Source of the DNA: Ramazzottius varieornatus
Lineage: Eukaryota > Animalia > Tardigrada
Direction of reading: 5' to 3'
DNA length: 64,000 nucleotides
Assembly: GCA_001949185.1 (NCBI GenBank)
Contig: BDGG01000001.1
Location: 7,824,149-7,888,148 of the forward strand
The notes under the pieces were generated by a model. That model searched no databases. It was not told the DNA's origin and saw only the letters and a program-made list of their open reading frames with translations. The translations under genes were made by a program, and so were the position numbers. Numbering within the stretch: the stretch's first letter is position 1; every line of letters starts with the position of its first letter. This document shows, piece after piece, positions 11,771 through 23,197 of the stretch.

Positions 11771-13054
11771 TCCACCTAAAAAACTGCACTACGACAGCTT
11801 ACTGGCCACAGCACCATAGGGTACAGAACGTACCGTATGGTAGACTTATGCGGCCTTCAACACACATAAGAAAGGGAAGGAAGCTGGATGAACGTCGCGG
11901 AAACTGGAAGAACGTCGAGGCGGAGGAGATCCGGGTACGGCTGATAAGCTGGCCTTTCTGTATCCTACAAAACTATCCCAGCGGCAGATTTCTGACCACA
12001 ACAACCACAGGGTGCAAAACGCACCTGGTAGCCTTACGTGGCCTTCGAGACGTCCACAAAATGCTTCCGGAGATGAGGGGGGATGAAGAGGAAGCGTAGG
12101 AAGTCCAAAGATAGCAGAAGAGTACAATAGGTTGGCTACAAGTTGTTGCTGTTGTTGTATTGCATAGCACCACATCTCAAATGGGCCATTGTCTACAAGC
12201 TCGTCCTCTGACTCGTCGTCATCGTTCTTGTTTGTAATTCATCATCGTCGTTATTTTCTTCGACGTGTCCCGCGGCTCTGTTGAGTTCCGCGCTTTCCGC
12301 ATCGACCAAAGTTGGTACTTCCTCATCAGAAATCGCAGCGTGACTCAGTCCGTGCGGCGAAAGAGCGCCAATTCTTCTGGTGAAGAATTCCATGCTAGTG
12401 CCAGATGGCCGTGGCCAATTAAATTTGGGTCTGGGCCAAACTGACGCTGTGGTCACACGATAACTAAACTCCAGTTTATTTATCATGCCCATTATCGACG
12501 GTTAGATTTTGCTTACACTGTAGTCATGAAAGGAGGCGGAATAATTCCCAGCAAGTTCATGCGTGCGGTCAGGATGCCGAACAGAAAGCTATCGCATAAA
12601 GTCAGCTCGGTATCCTCAAACAAAACTCCCGTTGGCTTCCACTGACCCACACGCTTCTTCGTTAAGCTGTATCGTCTTTCAAGCACCGTCGAATAGCCCG
12701 ACGCAAGAAGTATTCCCTCTTCTTGTTTATTTCAGCTACGGTCGCGAGATCGGTGTGCTGCGGTACAGCGTTTAGCTAAACGGAGCTTCAACTAATCGAG
12801 CTGGGCGGATGCACACAGCCGTTATTTCCTCCTTGGTACCACACCAAAACTGTGCCACCTCGTGTCTCGTTGTATCGACGTCACCTAACGATGGAATCAA
12901 ACGTCCTTCACATACCCAAAAAAATCAGCCGCGCTCGTTTATCAAGAGGACAGTTAATTCATTATAGGCTCCAGATCTTAATTATCGGTTCGATTTGTAT
13001 GTACGCCAAAACGACTTCAGGAGCGTTGTCAGGCCTAGCGTTCTGACCTGCAAG

Positions 13055-13150
13055 AAGAAGGCTTCAGTAAGTAAGAAGGCTTCAGTGCTGCCACATGGTG
13101 CCTTCAGTGCTGCCACAATAGTAAGAAGGCGTCAGTGCTGCCACATGGTG
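13055..13150. repeat. Short degenerate tandem repeat (AAGAAGGCTTCAGT / CAGTGCTGCCACATGGTG units)
   Basis: The units recur about three times each, directly visible in the sequence. Confidence 0.6.
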
Positions 13151-13284
13151 TCACCTAAGATGTCCACTTTTACAAGAAAGCTTGCACCGAACGTTATAAA
13201 CTGCCATTGCGTATGCATTACTCCTCCTCACGACAGGCCGTAGAACTCCGTTGATTGTGTTGATCTTGAAAGTGGATTACGAAG

Positions 13285-13334
13285 TTTCGCTTCCAAGATA
13301 AGCAGCTCTCGAGTAGCTTATCTTGAAAGCGAAA
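13285..13334. repeat. 50-bp hairpin/palindrome
   Basis: TTTCGCTTCCAAGATAAGC - 12 nt spacer - GCTTATCTTGAAAGCGAAA, with 1 mismatch in the 19-bp stem. Confidence 0.65.
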
Positions 13335-14023
13335 ACGGATTATTCTCTGCACACTTGACTCAAAATTTCAAATTTTCACTTCTCAGCTGATCTCTATCTG
13401 CACAGTGCTTCACGTTGCGAGATACCGTTTCGCGTACGGGCTTCTTGATACCTATTAGTGTCGGGGATATCAGAAGACAGATACCGGCCAGAGAGAAAAC
13501 CATGAATTCCAACTTAGTCAGGAGGCAAAGTTTGCCTACAAACCTACCCCGCAAAACTCGCGCATTTCCGGTCCCGTTTCTGAGACTTGCGAAAAATCCA
13601 ATTTTGCCTCACTCACGACTAATTTCCGTTGATCAAGCAAACTCAAATTTTAAATCAACCGTTTGCGACATAAACAGCTCATCGTGAGGAGGACTGTTGT
13701 GCCGAAAATTCTGGTGAATTGATCAATGGTACGGTTCGGACCAACTTCCGTGATGGTTATCTCTCTTTGCATGACACTTTCGGCGAAAGCAGACAGTTGT
13801 GACGACAATTACTCACTGCTTCTGCGCACAAGATGGATAAACGCTGTCGAAAACAGATAAACAATGTGTTATGTGATGCTGGCTACGTCATAGGCTCCCT
13901 TTCCTTACCCAGGCCCAACAAAGGACTTTGCCGTGTTTTGACTTACAGTAATTTATTGCCGAGAGCGGATATAATACTCTGTATCCGCAACAGAGTCGCA
14001 AAAATAGCTAGTCATTCTTGCAG

Positions 14024-14030
14024 TATAAAA
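14024..14030 (+). promoter_or_regulatory. Probable TATA box of defensin-like gene copy 1
   Basis: TATAAAA about 130 bp upstream of the ATG, conserved in copy 2 (TTTTATA at 26364-26370). Confidence 0.55.
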
Positions 14031-14156
14031 GCTGTGACACCTTTCGATTGTTTAGATACTGTCGCACTTTACTTGGTCGACACATGCAGTTTGCCTTTCC
14101 CCATCGGTTGCCTACTTACTGGCTTCTTCGTTTCCCGGTTACTGCAAACGCTCACC

Positions 14157-14443
14157 ATGAAATACGCTGTTCTTTTCGTCCTCGTTGTGGTGTGCAGCTT
14201 CCTCGGTAAGTAGACATCACGGCTTCCCATTGTTCCGCAGAACATTTCCAAGAGAAACACGTCGCCCTAAAACTGCTCGTCGATATTGCAGTTATCGATC
14301 AAGCCTTGGCAGGCTACGACGGATGTCCCGGTTGTCCAATGAGTAACGGAGGAAACTGTAACCAGTGCTGCATAGATAAAGGATCCAAAGGTGGCGGTTC
14401 CTGCTCTGGCTTTATGTGGACGTCCTGCTGGTGTACTGATTAA
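14157..14443 (+). CDS. Secreted 8-Cys CS-alpha-beta defensin-like peptide, copy 1 (66 aa; exons 14157-14205 and 14292-14443)
   Basis: Spliced product MKYAVLFVLVVVCSFLVIDQALA-GYDGCPGCPMSNGGNCNQCCIDKGSKGGGSCSGFMWTSCWCTD*. It has a signal peptide with a phase-1 intron inside it and the CxxxC / GxC / CxC defensin pattern. Confidence 0.85.
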
Positions 14444-17400
14444 ATGAAAGCGTGAATATCATTTAGGCGTCAATCTCTTCATTAAGCGTGAACATCATTT
14501 CATTGTCCATTAATTGATTGTCTTATGTTACTTGGTTCCACTGTTGGTTGAGACCAAACGACCCGGTTTTCGGTAAACAATGCCATATTCGACCCGTTCT
14601 AAGTAGTCGGCATGCATGAAGTACCAGGCGCGTCCCATAGCCTAATTGAAAAATATTCGAACTTTGGACCTGACGTCACGACTCGAGTCATGTCAGATAG
14701 CGAAATGTTGACGCGCAAACTTTCGAATTAAAGGTGAGACTCCGCTGGCGGACATCCGCTGCTGCCATCGGCGGCACCGAAAAACTTAACGGTGGGTCTT
14801 CGATGGCCCAAGTTAAATTTGTCCGTTGAGTGAAGAAGTTTGATGAAGGTGCTTGTCACGCTCTTCTGTGAGATGCGGACTAAGTTAAGACTTAGTCACG
14901 CACTACCTTACAAGTGATGGGAGGAGGCGCGCACATTCACCCTAGGCTTATTAACCAATCAGAACTCGGGCGATTTCTGGTGAAGCACAGCCTTGTGGCC
15001 AAGTTTGCTAAATACTATTCAGCACTTGAATGACTGTACGTTGACCACTATCAAATGAATCCACTCTTTCTGGTATGGCAAAGCCAGGTTCACATTTCGA
15101 ACCAGTGGACTGGAGAGTCCTGGTGCCAGCCCAGAAAAATACGTTTCGCATGACAGCGTCGCCCTGCCCGGTTAGGCGTATAGAGATTGTAAAAAAAGGA
15201 TTGCCCCATGACAGCTATTTTTCCTGTACCGCGGACGTTTCAGGAAAAAATCCCCACTACGTGGCATTGCGCATGGCTAAGATAGTCGTATGTTCCGTCT
15301 CCGCAGCACATTATGTTTATGAGACTAGCTAGTGGTTCTGACCACTGGGAAGGTCGAGCAAAGGAGGCAAAAGATTATGGGCCACACATTTCTACTGCGT
15401 AACGTTTCAATTGCGAGTAAAAAGTTTCTGTGACCCGGATCAAGTTACGCATTTGTTTTCAGTACAGAGTTTGCGATATGTGAAAACTCGAAGAATGTGA
15501 TCGTCCATTGAAATCTCGACAGACTTGAAAGATTATTGGACTGATTATTGGAATTATTTAGCCACTTTTCGGCATGTTAGATGTTAGACCTTTAACCACA
15601 ATTCGAATGAAATATGCCAGCTAGCCAGGGGAGAGACTGATTAGACTAAGTGATATAATTTATTCAGAATAAGATGAGGAAAGGTCAGGGCACAGGGAGA
15701 TACGGTATTGGATATGGGGCTAGGTTCGGACAAGGAAGTCTAAGGAGAGAGAAGAGTTCGAAGGGAGGCTAAACTCAGAATGACTTGAACGATGTTCGTA
15801 AAGTTAAGATGCGAACAAGGAAGTACATTCGACCGATGGTCAAACAGTCTAGCGGAGAGGAAAGGGTCGAGCATGGAAACTTCCACAGCTTACTCTGTAC
15901 AGTATCGAATAACAAACGATTAATATTGTTAGGGAACTAATACAGAATAGATTTCCGTGGGCTGTTATAAAATTATGTCACTCTGGTTTCGTCCCGATAA
16001 GGTAGCAATGTACTCGTAGTACCGCGCCTCCGTTGCTCGTTGCTTGACGTGCTGAATCAAACTTCATTTCGAAGTTCGCACAGACCCAACTTCGGTTTGC
16101 CACATGGACACCGTGAGCCAGGATCACCCGAAAGGTATCATAAAAATATGCGTACAAAAGCAGGGAAAAGTTTATAGTCAGACCGCAGTAACGGGCTGCT
16201 GGCTCAAAAGATGGTTACGCAGAATACTACACGACCCTTCAGGCACAGATACCACAACTCGATTCAACAGATCTTTCAGTAAAGAGGAACTCCTACGAAA
16301 ATCTATTAGTATAAAGTCTTGATATGGTCCCTCGTGTTTCGACGCAGAGACCGATTATTTACACTGTGTAGACTTGCATCCAGTACTTCTCTTTCAGGTC
16401 TCGAACACAAGGCTCGAAGATTCGTTTCTTTACATCGTCGACTTCCGCGGCTTGCTGTTCTCTGCCTTGGAGCTTTACTGTTGGTTCGACAATCCAGGCC
16501 AGTCACCCTTTCTCGGTCGGTAATGGTGATAAGAACAACGTGCGCCAATTTAGTGGGGTGATGATTTTTCCCATTTCTTCGGTCGTATTATTGATAAATT
16601 CAAACCACAACACTTAAAAAAACGAGGGTATCGAAATATTGATTGTGACCAGCGACAGAAGTTTTCGAACTAAGGGTTCGACTTTGCACCTGTAAGCGAT
16701 GCGTTAAGCACGAGTACTTGAAGGTGACGAAATGTGACGGTTTTCTTTTTAAGCTTTCGAACATATTGTAGGAGGAACTCACTGCGCTAAGGGGGTGTTT
16801 AGCGACTCTCGTCATTTAGGTCGCCCATGGGAAGGCAGGTACCACACCAAACTCAACACAAGTAACGGTGCTTGCAGTGGGTGAGGCGAAGAAGACAAGA
16901 CGACGAGGGAAGTGAAGAGAACGATGAACAGCTCAAGCAAAACTTGTTGTAGTTTCGTTGTTTGGCGGGTCTTCTGATCACCCGCTGCATACCATGTCAA
17001 GAATTTCAGAAATCAAAGAAGTATTCAGGAGCAACATTGTATTCTGCGACCCCATACTCAGTCATAATCGTCTGCCTCGAAAGCTTCTTCTACGACGCTA
17101 AGAAGAAATTCGTGCATTTCTTTTTGTAAAGAGTGCAAAACGGACTTTCGAAAAAACCGGTTTTTGCCAAAATTTCGTTCAGAAAAAGTATTTTGTATTT
17201 GCAACGTTCAACGTTCACCAATACTGCAGCAGCTATTAACTGTACCGACAGCGCTATGACATCATCGCCATGGTATTACGGTAACTTGAACATCATTGTG
17301 TCCGTCAGTTTGGACGAAAAGAACGTACCGGAAGTGGGACGCAGCAGAACTGGCTTCTAATGGAAGTTGTTTACAATCGACAAAATTTTTCGAATTCTAA

Positions 17401-17864
17401 CCACGAAAATCATTTACATTTAACGATACTGCTCACCCTGCCCACACAGACGGAAATGTGCGACTTGATTACTTGATTACCCGTGTCAAAGCATCGTGTA
17501 ACTCATGTGTGACGTAATTTCAGACTTTACCTTGGCTTGCTGTTCGGCGAATGTTTAGCAGGCTCTGAACTGAAATCGAAAATGTTTAATGCATTTCGAG
17601 CGACCGGTCTGTATTTAAAACCTGTTCGCCCTAAGAGCGACATTCCATTGACTGAATTTTTAAGCGAATCCGGCATGACCGATAATCTGAGTCAACAGAG
17701 AACCCAACATCGAAGGGATTATTTTCAGGGTACTTTCCGGGGTTTTTTCGTGAGTGTTTAATAATCCACCGAGCACTATACAAAAGATTTCAGTTATCTA
17801 CCGGGATGATATTAATGGGGATAGTATTAATAGTTACATCGGTGAAGCATTTCCTTTTGCCGCA

Positions 17865-19921
17865 TTATGGCTTGTTACGAGCTTTCATATTTTGAATTGG
17901 CGAAGGCACTTCGTTAAGAGAAACCGTACAGCCAGTAGCTTCCGTCAGCCGTTCCTCTGGACAATGTATCCATCCCTCTCCTTCAACTGGACTTTTTAGC
18001 GGGTACGTTGCTGCAACCTACAGAACGAAAGTAGCCACAGCGTACTTGCTGAGTTGAACACGATCTGAAGAACCTCGCGGCTGTCAGAAAATTCACCTGT
18101 AGCTTTCCTGGCTCCATTTCGTAGAGCATTTCTCTCTTATGCAGAATTCTAAGACAATCAAGCTCGTTGGCGAACCATCGACAGACTCGTCTTCGCTTCA
18201 TCTGAACTTACGTTCGGTTGTTCATAAAGAACACGCTATCCACTGTTGGTGGAGCGCCGCTGATTTCGTTGAGGCTTCGAACCTCATCACTCGGCTTGAC
18301 GGGTAATTTCTCATCCGGATAGAAGGCTTGAAAAGTTGAACCTACAACCTTAGTACTCCAGATCAACTGAGACAGGATGAACATGACATTACGGACCCAT
18401 GTACAAAACATCTGGCTCACCAGAAACTGCGATGAAGGTGTGGTTGTTCAGCTGGAACACACCATCTATCGGCGACATCAACCCTGGGAAGCCGCTTTTT
18501 ATCCGTCGGAACTCGATCGTCGATAACCCAGGCTTTAGACCATTGCGATATTTGTGATACCGGTCTCCCTGAGAACAAAGGACAAAAAATTATCTTTCGA
18601 CCTAAACAAATTAGTGAAACAACGTACTTGGAAGAGGTAGTCAGAGCCTTTGATACTGACAGCAGCCAAGAGTCCTCGGAGAGCTGGGTCCAATTCAAAT
18701 GGCTGGTCGTCTACTGGGTTTCCGTCGGTGTCGAAGCGGTAAACGTTCTGGCCCTTGATCGCCAGAATGGCATCGCCGATCGTCAGGATCTTATCAAACG
18801 GCATCTACAGTAAGGACGCATCGCTCAGTGTTTTGAATAATTTTTCAAACCTTTGTCATTTTGAGGGTTAACTGACGTCATCGCAGACTTTGGGCCGGGG
18901 AATAGGCGAACACTTCAGCAGAGCGATCTGGCTTCCGTGGTCTGAAACTGCTCGCTGAGCCAGCATTCTTTTCTGCGAATGACCTTTCCCGCTTCGTAGG
19001 AGAAATGAAGGGACGCTATAGGGGATTGCAGCAAAAGACCTCGCCAATCCCGGAGCATATTCTGAAACAAGTCCTCCACCAGCGCCACCGCCCCCGCCAC
19101 CGAGGGACGATAACAGGAACGGAAGAAGCAAATTCGACCCGTGACCACCTTCTTCGCTTCCACCACCAAACGAAGACAAAGCTGCAACCACGATACAGTT
19201 GCATAATTAGACGTATAGAGATACAAACAAAACAAACTTGTAGAAGTACACGCATGCGTCTCAAGTCCTAGCCAGAACACGGTGGAGAAAAAAGTGTGCG
19301 TCAAGACTTTTATCTCGCTTAAGACAAAGGTAGGGCGCGTGCGCGTACGTGCTTTGGGTGTGGGTTTACCGAGAAGCGGGAGAAGGGCTTGGAGGACCGA
19401 GTTGATCGATGCCGGCGAGGGGATGGGTGGTTGGGTGGCGCCAAGTGGCGGAGGTGGAACGGGAACCTGTCGTTCGAAAGGAGCAGATGGCATTGGTGGG
19501 GCTTGACCCTCGAAGAAGAGCTGGTCGGCATACGACCCAGAGTACGGAGCGATCATAGTGGTGGTTGATGCAGGAGGGCTCCAATCCAGAGAGGGGAGCT
19601 CTAAAGCTTTGACAGCTCGTTTATGTCGACCAAGTACTACAGATAAGAGCTGGTCCAGTATCAATGTAAATGGTGTGAGAACGGCAACAATATGGCTACT
19701 ATGGTCATAAGTTCACCTGCTCTTCGTTCCATTTTACTCTGATGCAACGGGTCAAAAACACGTACGTCCTAAAAATAACCGAGCAAATCGAACAAGATGA
19801 TCCAAATACAAAATGACGAAATCCGGGGGAAAAAGATAGTCTTGATTACCTTGGTGTCAGAGCAGACAAGCATTCCCAGAATTTCGACCGCAAGCAGTAT
19901 CCCGTCATTCTTTGGCCACAT
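17865..19921 (-). CDS. Secreted low-complexity + hemopexin-domain protein A (HPX-A), ~9 coding exons
   Basis: Weak signal peptide (MWPKNDGILLAVEILGMLVCSDT), RHKR site, Pro-rich then Gly-rich region, then CSPIPRPKVCDD. Four blades follow (PFDKILTI..AIKGQNVYRF; LLAAVSI..YLFQGDRYHKY..GFPGL; IDGVFQL; VDSVFFM..LHKREMLYEM) and the C-terminus GWIHC...GC. The 5' exons are less certain. Confidence 0.8.
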
Positions 19922-21011
19922 TGCTACTATAGGTACTGCGTCAGAAAACCATTTGGAAAACTCTGAGATCTTTTACAAAGTGCCCGCGTCGCATCAAGAT
20001 CTTCAGATGATATCAGTTTGGATACGCTGCTGATCGTCGAGTTTTCGCGTCAGTCTTCCGGATGACCAGCTTGACAAGGGATCGATGTTAAACTTAGGAA
20101 ACCACCCGGGCCTTAGGTATCGTTGATTAGCTGATGCATTACGATTAGCGCCAGGATTTTGCGTCAATGTCCGATTTGAGCTCGCACGTACCACGAGCCA
20201 CTTCCGGGTTTCCCCGTCGCGGTGAGTCAACATCACGCTCAGAACCTTAGTTGATAAAGTTGTTTTACTGGAGGACTGAATCTCATCGTTGACGCATCAG
20301 CTAGCTTAGATTAGAATTAGTACGATCAAGCCAGTAGACCGGCTCCGCAATCTTCAATACAATTCTTTTATCCGAGTTCATACCGACAGCTTCGTCATCT
20401 TACCTTGTTCGTATGAAGAAAACCAGGATCCTAAATTCAGGTGTGCTTGATTGCATACATAGGATCTTCCCTGGTTTCCAGTCTGACATTCAAATCACGA
20501 CTCTTCGCATACCATCTGGATCCGATCCTGTTCTACTTTATTCAGTATTTGGTTCTTGCCAAATTTAATTGTTAGTGTATTTCAGAAGTCGAATTTGATT
20601 CTTAGTGTATTCAAGAAGTCGATTCGCGGAGACATAGGGACCGAGATGAACACGGACGCCAGCTGCGATCAGTGCGGTGAACGAGGCAGCGATGAGGATA
20701 ATCCTGGATCAAGAGTCAAACCGAGGTGTCAAACAGCTGATCTGGTCACTGCCACTACCGTCCAGCATTTAGGATCCTGGCACATGCTGCTAATCTCCTT
20801 ACCTCGTGCGGTCAGCAGAGACGTAAATCCGCGACGCCTTCATGCCGTAATCGCAGGGAAGTGGTGTGCGACGTAGCCACGCATAAACGGGCAACACGCT
20901 ACTATTTCTTGCTCCTCAGGTTTGACATTACTCTGAACTTCCGCATTGCCAAACGGACAACCAGTGTTTAATTTGCAGGTGCCTCCTCGATAGACAATAC
21001 CGTCCACGCAA

Positions 21012-22800
21012 ATGAGGTATCACGGAGCGCTTCTTCTGTTGGCGATATGTTCGGCCATTGGATTTTCGGAGTCCACCAACATCCGCCAAGACCTGGCTCG
21101 TAAGCAAATAATGAGGTGTTCATTGACTGCTGGCTTAACTGCAGATGTCTTTCGTTCATAGCGCGCTTGGAGCGGGAACAGCGTTCCATCATGTCTTCTG
21201 AGCTCTTGGCTATGAACATGATGCTGCCGTTGCTGACTTCCGCAGCGCTGAATGCAAATAATGCGGATAAACAGGCCAACCTCAACCAACGACAAATTCA
21301 GAATGAAGGAGCAGGTCAGCCAGCAGTTCCTGGCGAGCCTACCGCCGCTGCCTCGCCTTTAACCCAGTTGTTACCCTTCCTACGTAAGCGCCATCATCTC
21401 AACAAAATGCATGTTGTGTAATGGCAACTATACTTGTGTTGCAGTTGGTCCTTCTGGAGGTTTCGCCAGAAAAATTCTGGGTGGCGGTAGCGGTGGTAGT
21501 TTCGAGGTAGGCAAGACTGGTCGCCTCCTGACTAACGTCCTCCTGGCCAATGCTATTTCCAATGCGCTCGCACAAACACTTGCTACGACGACAGCGACGA
21601 CGACCAGTCAACCTCCTTCGGCAAACTTAGTGGCTGGTCCGGGACGAAGGTCGCCAAAGAAGGCCGAACTTCGCATGACCAACGTGGCCATTAATAGAGT
21701 CACCAGTGAGACGGACCCGAAAGTGGTCAGAAGTCCCGCGACCGACACTGATGACAGATGTTCGTCATACGTGCCGCGAAGTCAAGTCTGCAATGACGTA
21801 AGTTTGGCTACCATTCTGTTGAGCGTCCCTCACACGTGGTCACTTTTTGGTCACTTTTCAGTTACCTGTGGATAAGATTCTGGCTTTGAAAAACGCCGTG
21901 GTGGTATTCAAAGGGCGGAACGTATACCGGGTTCGTCCCAGTGGGGAACCATTCGACCTGGAACCGACGCTGATTGACGAGAAGGTCGAACCGTTAACTG
22001 CCGCCGCGGCAATTGGAGATGCCCAATACGTCTTCCAGGTACGTTTCTCTTGCACCATGCACATTTTCTCGAACGTTCCGGAAGAATCGTAAACAGTTGT
22101 AAACTGACGTTTCAGGGTGACAAATATACAAAGTATGATTCGAATTTCCGTCAAGCGCTCGGTGTCTTCCCGAAACCTGTGTCTGAAGGGTTCCCTGGTG
22201 TTTTGACGCCAGTCGACGGGGTCTTCAAGCTAAACAACCACACTTACGTGTTCGTCTCTGGTAAAATGAGCTTTTATGGTTCTGTACATCTATTATGTAC
22301 TGCGTAACATGATATCTCTTCCAGGTACCAAGTTTGTGTATTTCCAACCGGACGCGAACCCGCAAGTTGACCCGCGTTACAGCCCACAGTACTTGGATAA
22401 TATTCCCGGTGCACCAGCTACTATTGATAGTGTCTTTACACTGAAGAATCGGAAGTAAGTTTGGCTTAGGTACTGGTAACTTCCTGCTTCAGCCTTAATC
22501 GTATTGATTCCGTAGGTTTCTGCACAAGGAGGGCTTGATCTACGAACTATCACCGGACGAAATGAAGGTAAGAAGTGGTGGGTAACGCCGGGGACAGTTC
22601 GCTCTTTTTCTATTAATAGCATTGCCTTTTCACCGAATGTATGCACGTCTGTGTTTATGAAGGTGACGAGTGAGATTCCGGTGTTAAGTACCACAAAGGA
22701 AGGCTGGCTGAAATGCCCGGACGTATTTCCAGCGCGCTGCAATCATCGTCAACTTGCCATCACAACAACGATGGCTTCTGAACCTTTCGCTCTGCCCTGA
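21012..22800 (+). CDS. Secreted low-complexity + hemopexin-domain protein B (HPX-B), 8 coding exons
   Basis: Signal peptide MRYHGALLLLAICSAIGFSES, REQR site, Ala/Gly/Thr-rich region, then CSSYVPRSQVCND. Blades PVDKILAL..VFKGRNVYRV / LTAAAAI..YVFQGDKYTKYD..EGFPGV / VDGVFKL / IDSVFTL..FLHKEGLIYEL, then GWLKC..C. All introns are GT-AG and in phase. Confidence 0.85.
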
Positions 22801-23197
22801 ATATCCGCATTGGTCGAGATGATAATTATAGGGCCCACCTTATGCACAATTTCTCACATCACGTTCTCTTAACGCTGAAATACGTATCTGTAATCGCTTC
22901 GGACATCAGCTGCATAGACAGCTACGTTCATGGTTTGTTTTGCCAAAACTTTTTGTAGACAAAGCATGGGTAAATCACTTCTTCGAACTTGAAAGAGTCA
23001 CGTACTGTGGCGAAAGCAGTTTAGTTAAAGGAACTGCCGCTGCAAGTACTCGACGGAGCATCAGCGCACAGACTGGCCCACTTGACACGGCTTCAGCAAG
23101 CAGCCGATTCTGTGTGACCGAATAAATATCATCCACATCTCATATCGATATTAGTAAACATCCTGAAAACTCGCCACACGTGAGAGGCGCGAGTAGA

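Larger units (their letters stand above)
13726..14570 (+). repeat. Arm 1 of an inverted duplication carrying the defensin-like gene
   Basis: Reverse complement of 25823-26505. Arm 2 lacks about 165 bp corresponding to ~13840-14003. Confidence 0.92.

Noticed and set aside
11846-12492. Short ORFs including an acidic 99-aa frame
   Set aside because: No domain evidence; probably transposon-flank debris.
13055-13150. Repeat block considered as a CRISPR-like array
   Set aside because: Eukaryotic context, irregular overlapping units, no unique spacers and no cas genes.
15963-16612. Possible solo LTR (TGTT...AACA with an internal TATA-like motif)
   Set aside because: Flanks (TGGGC / CTTAA) give no TSD and there is no second copy in the window.
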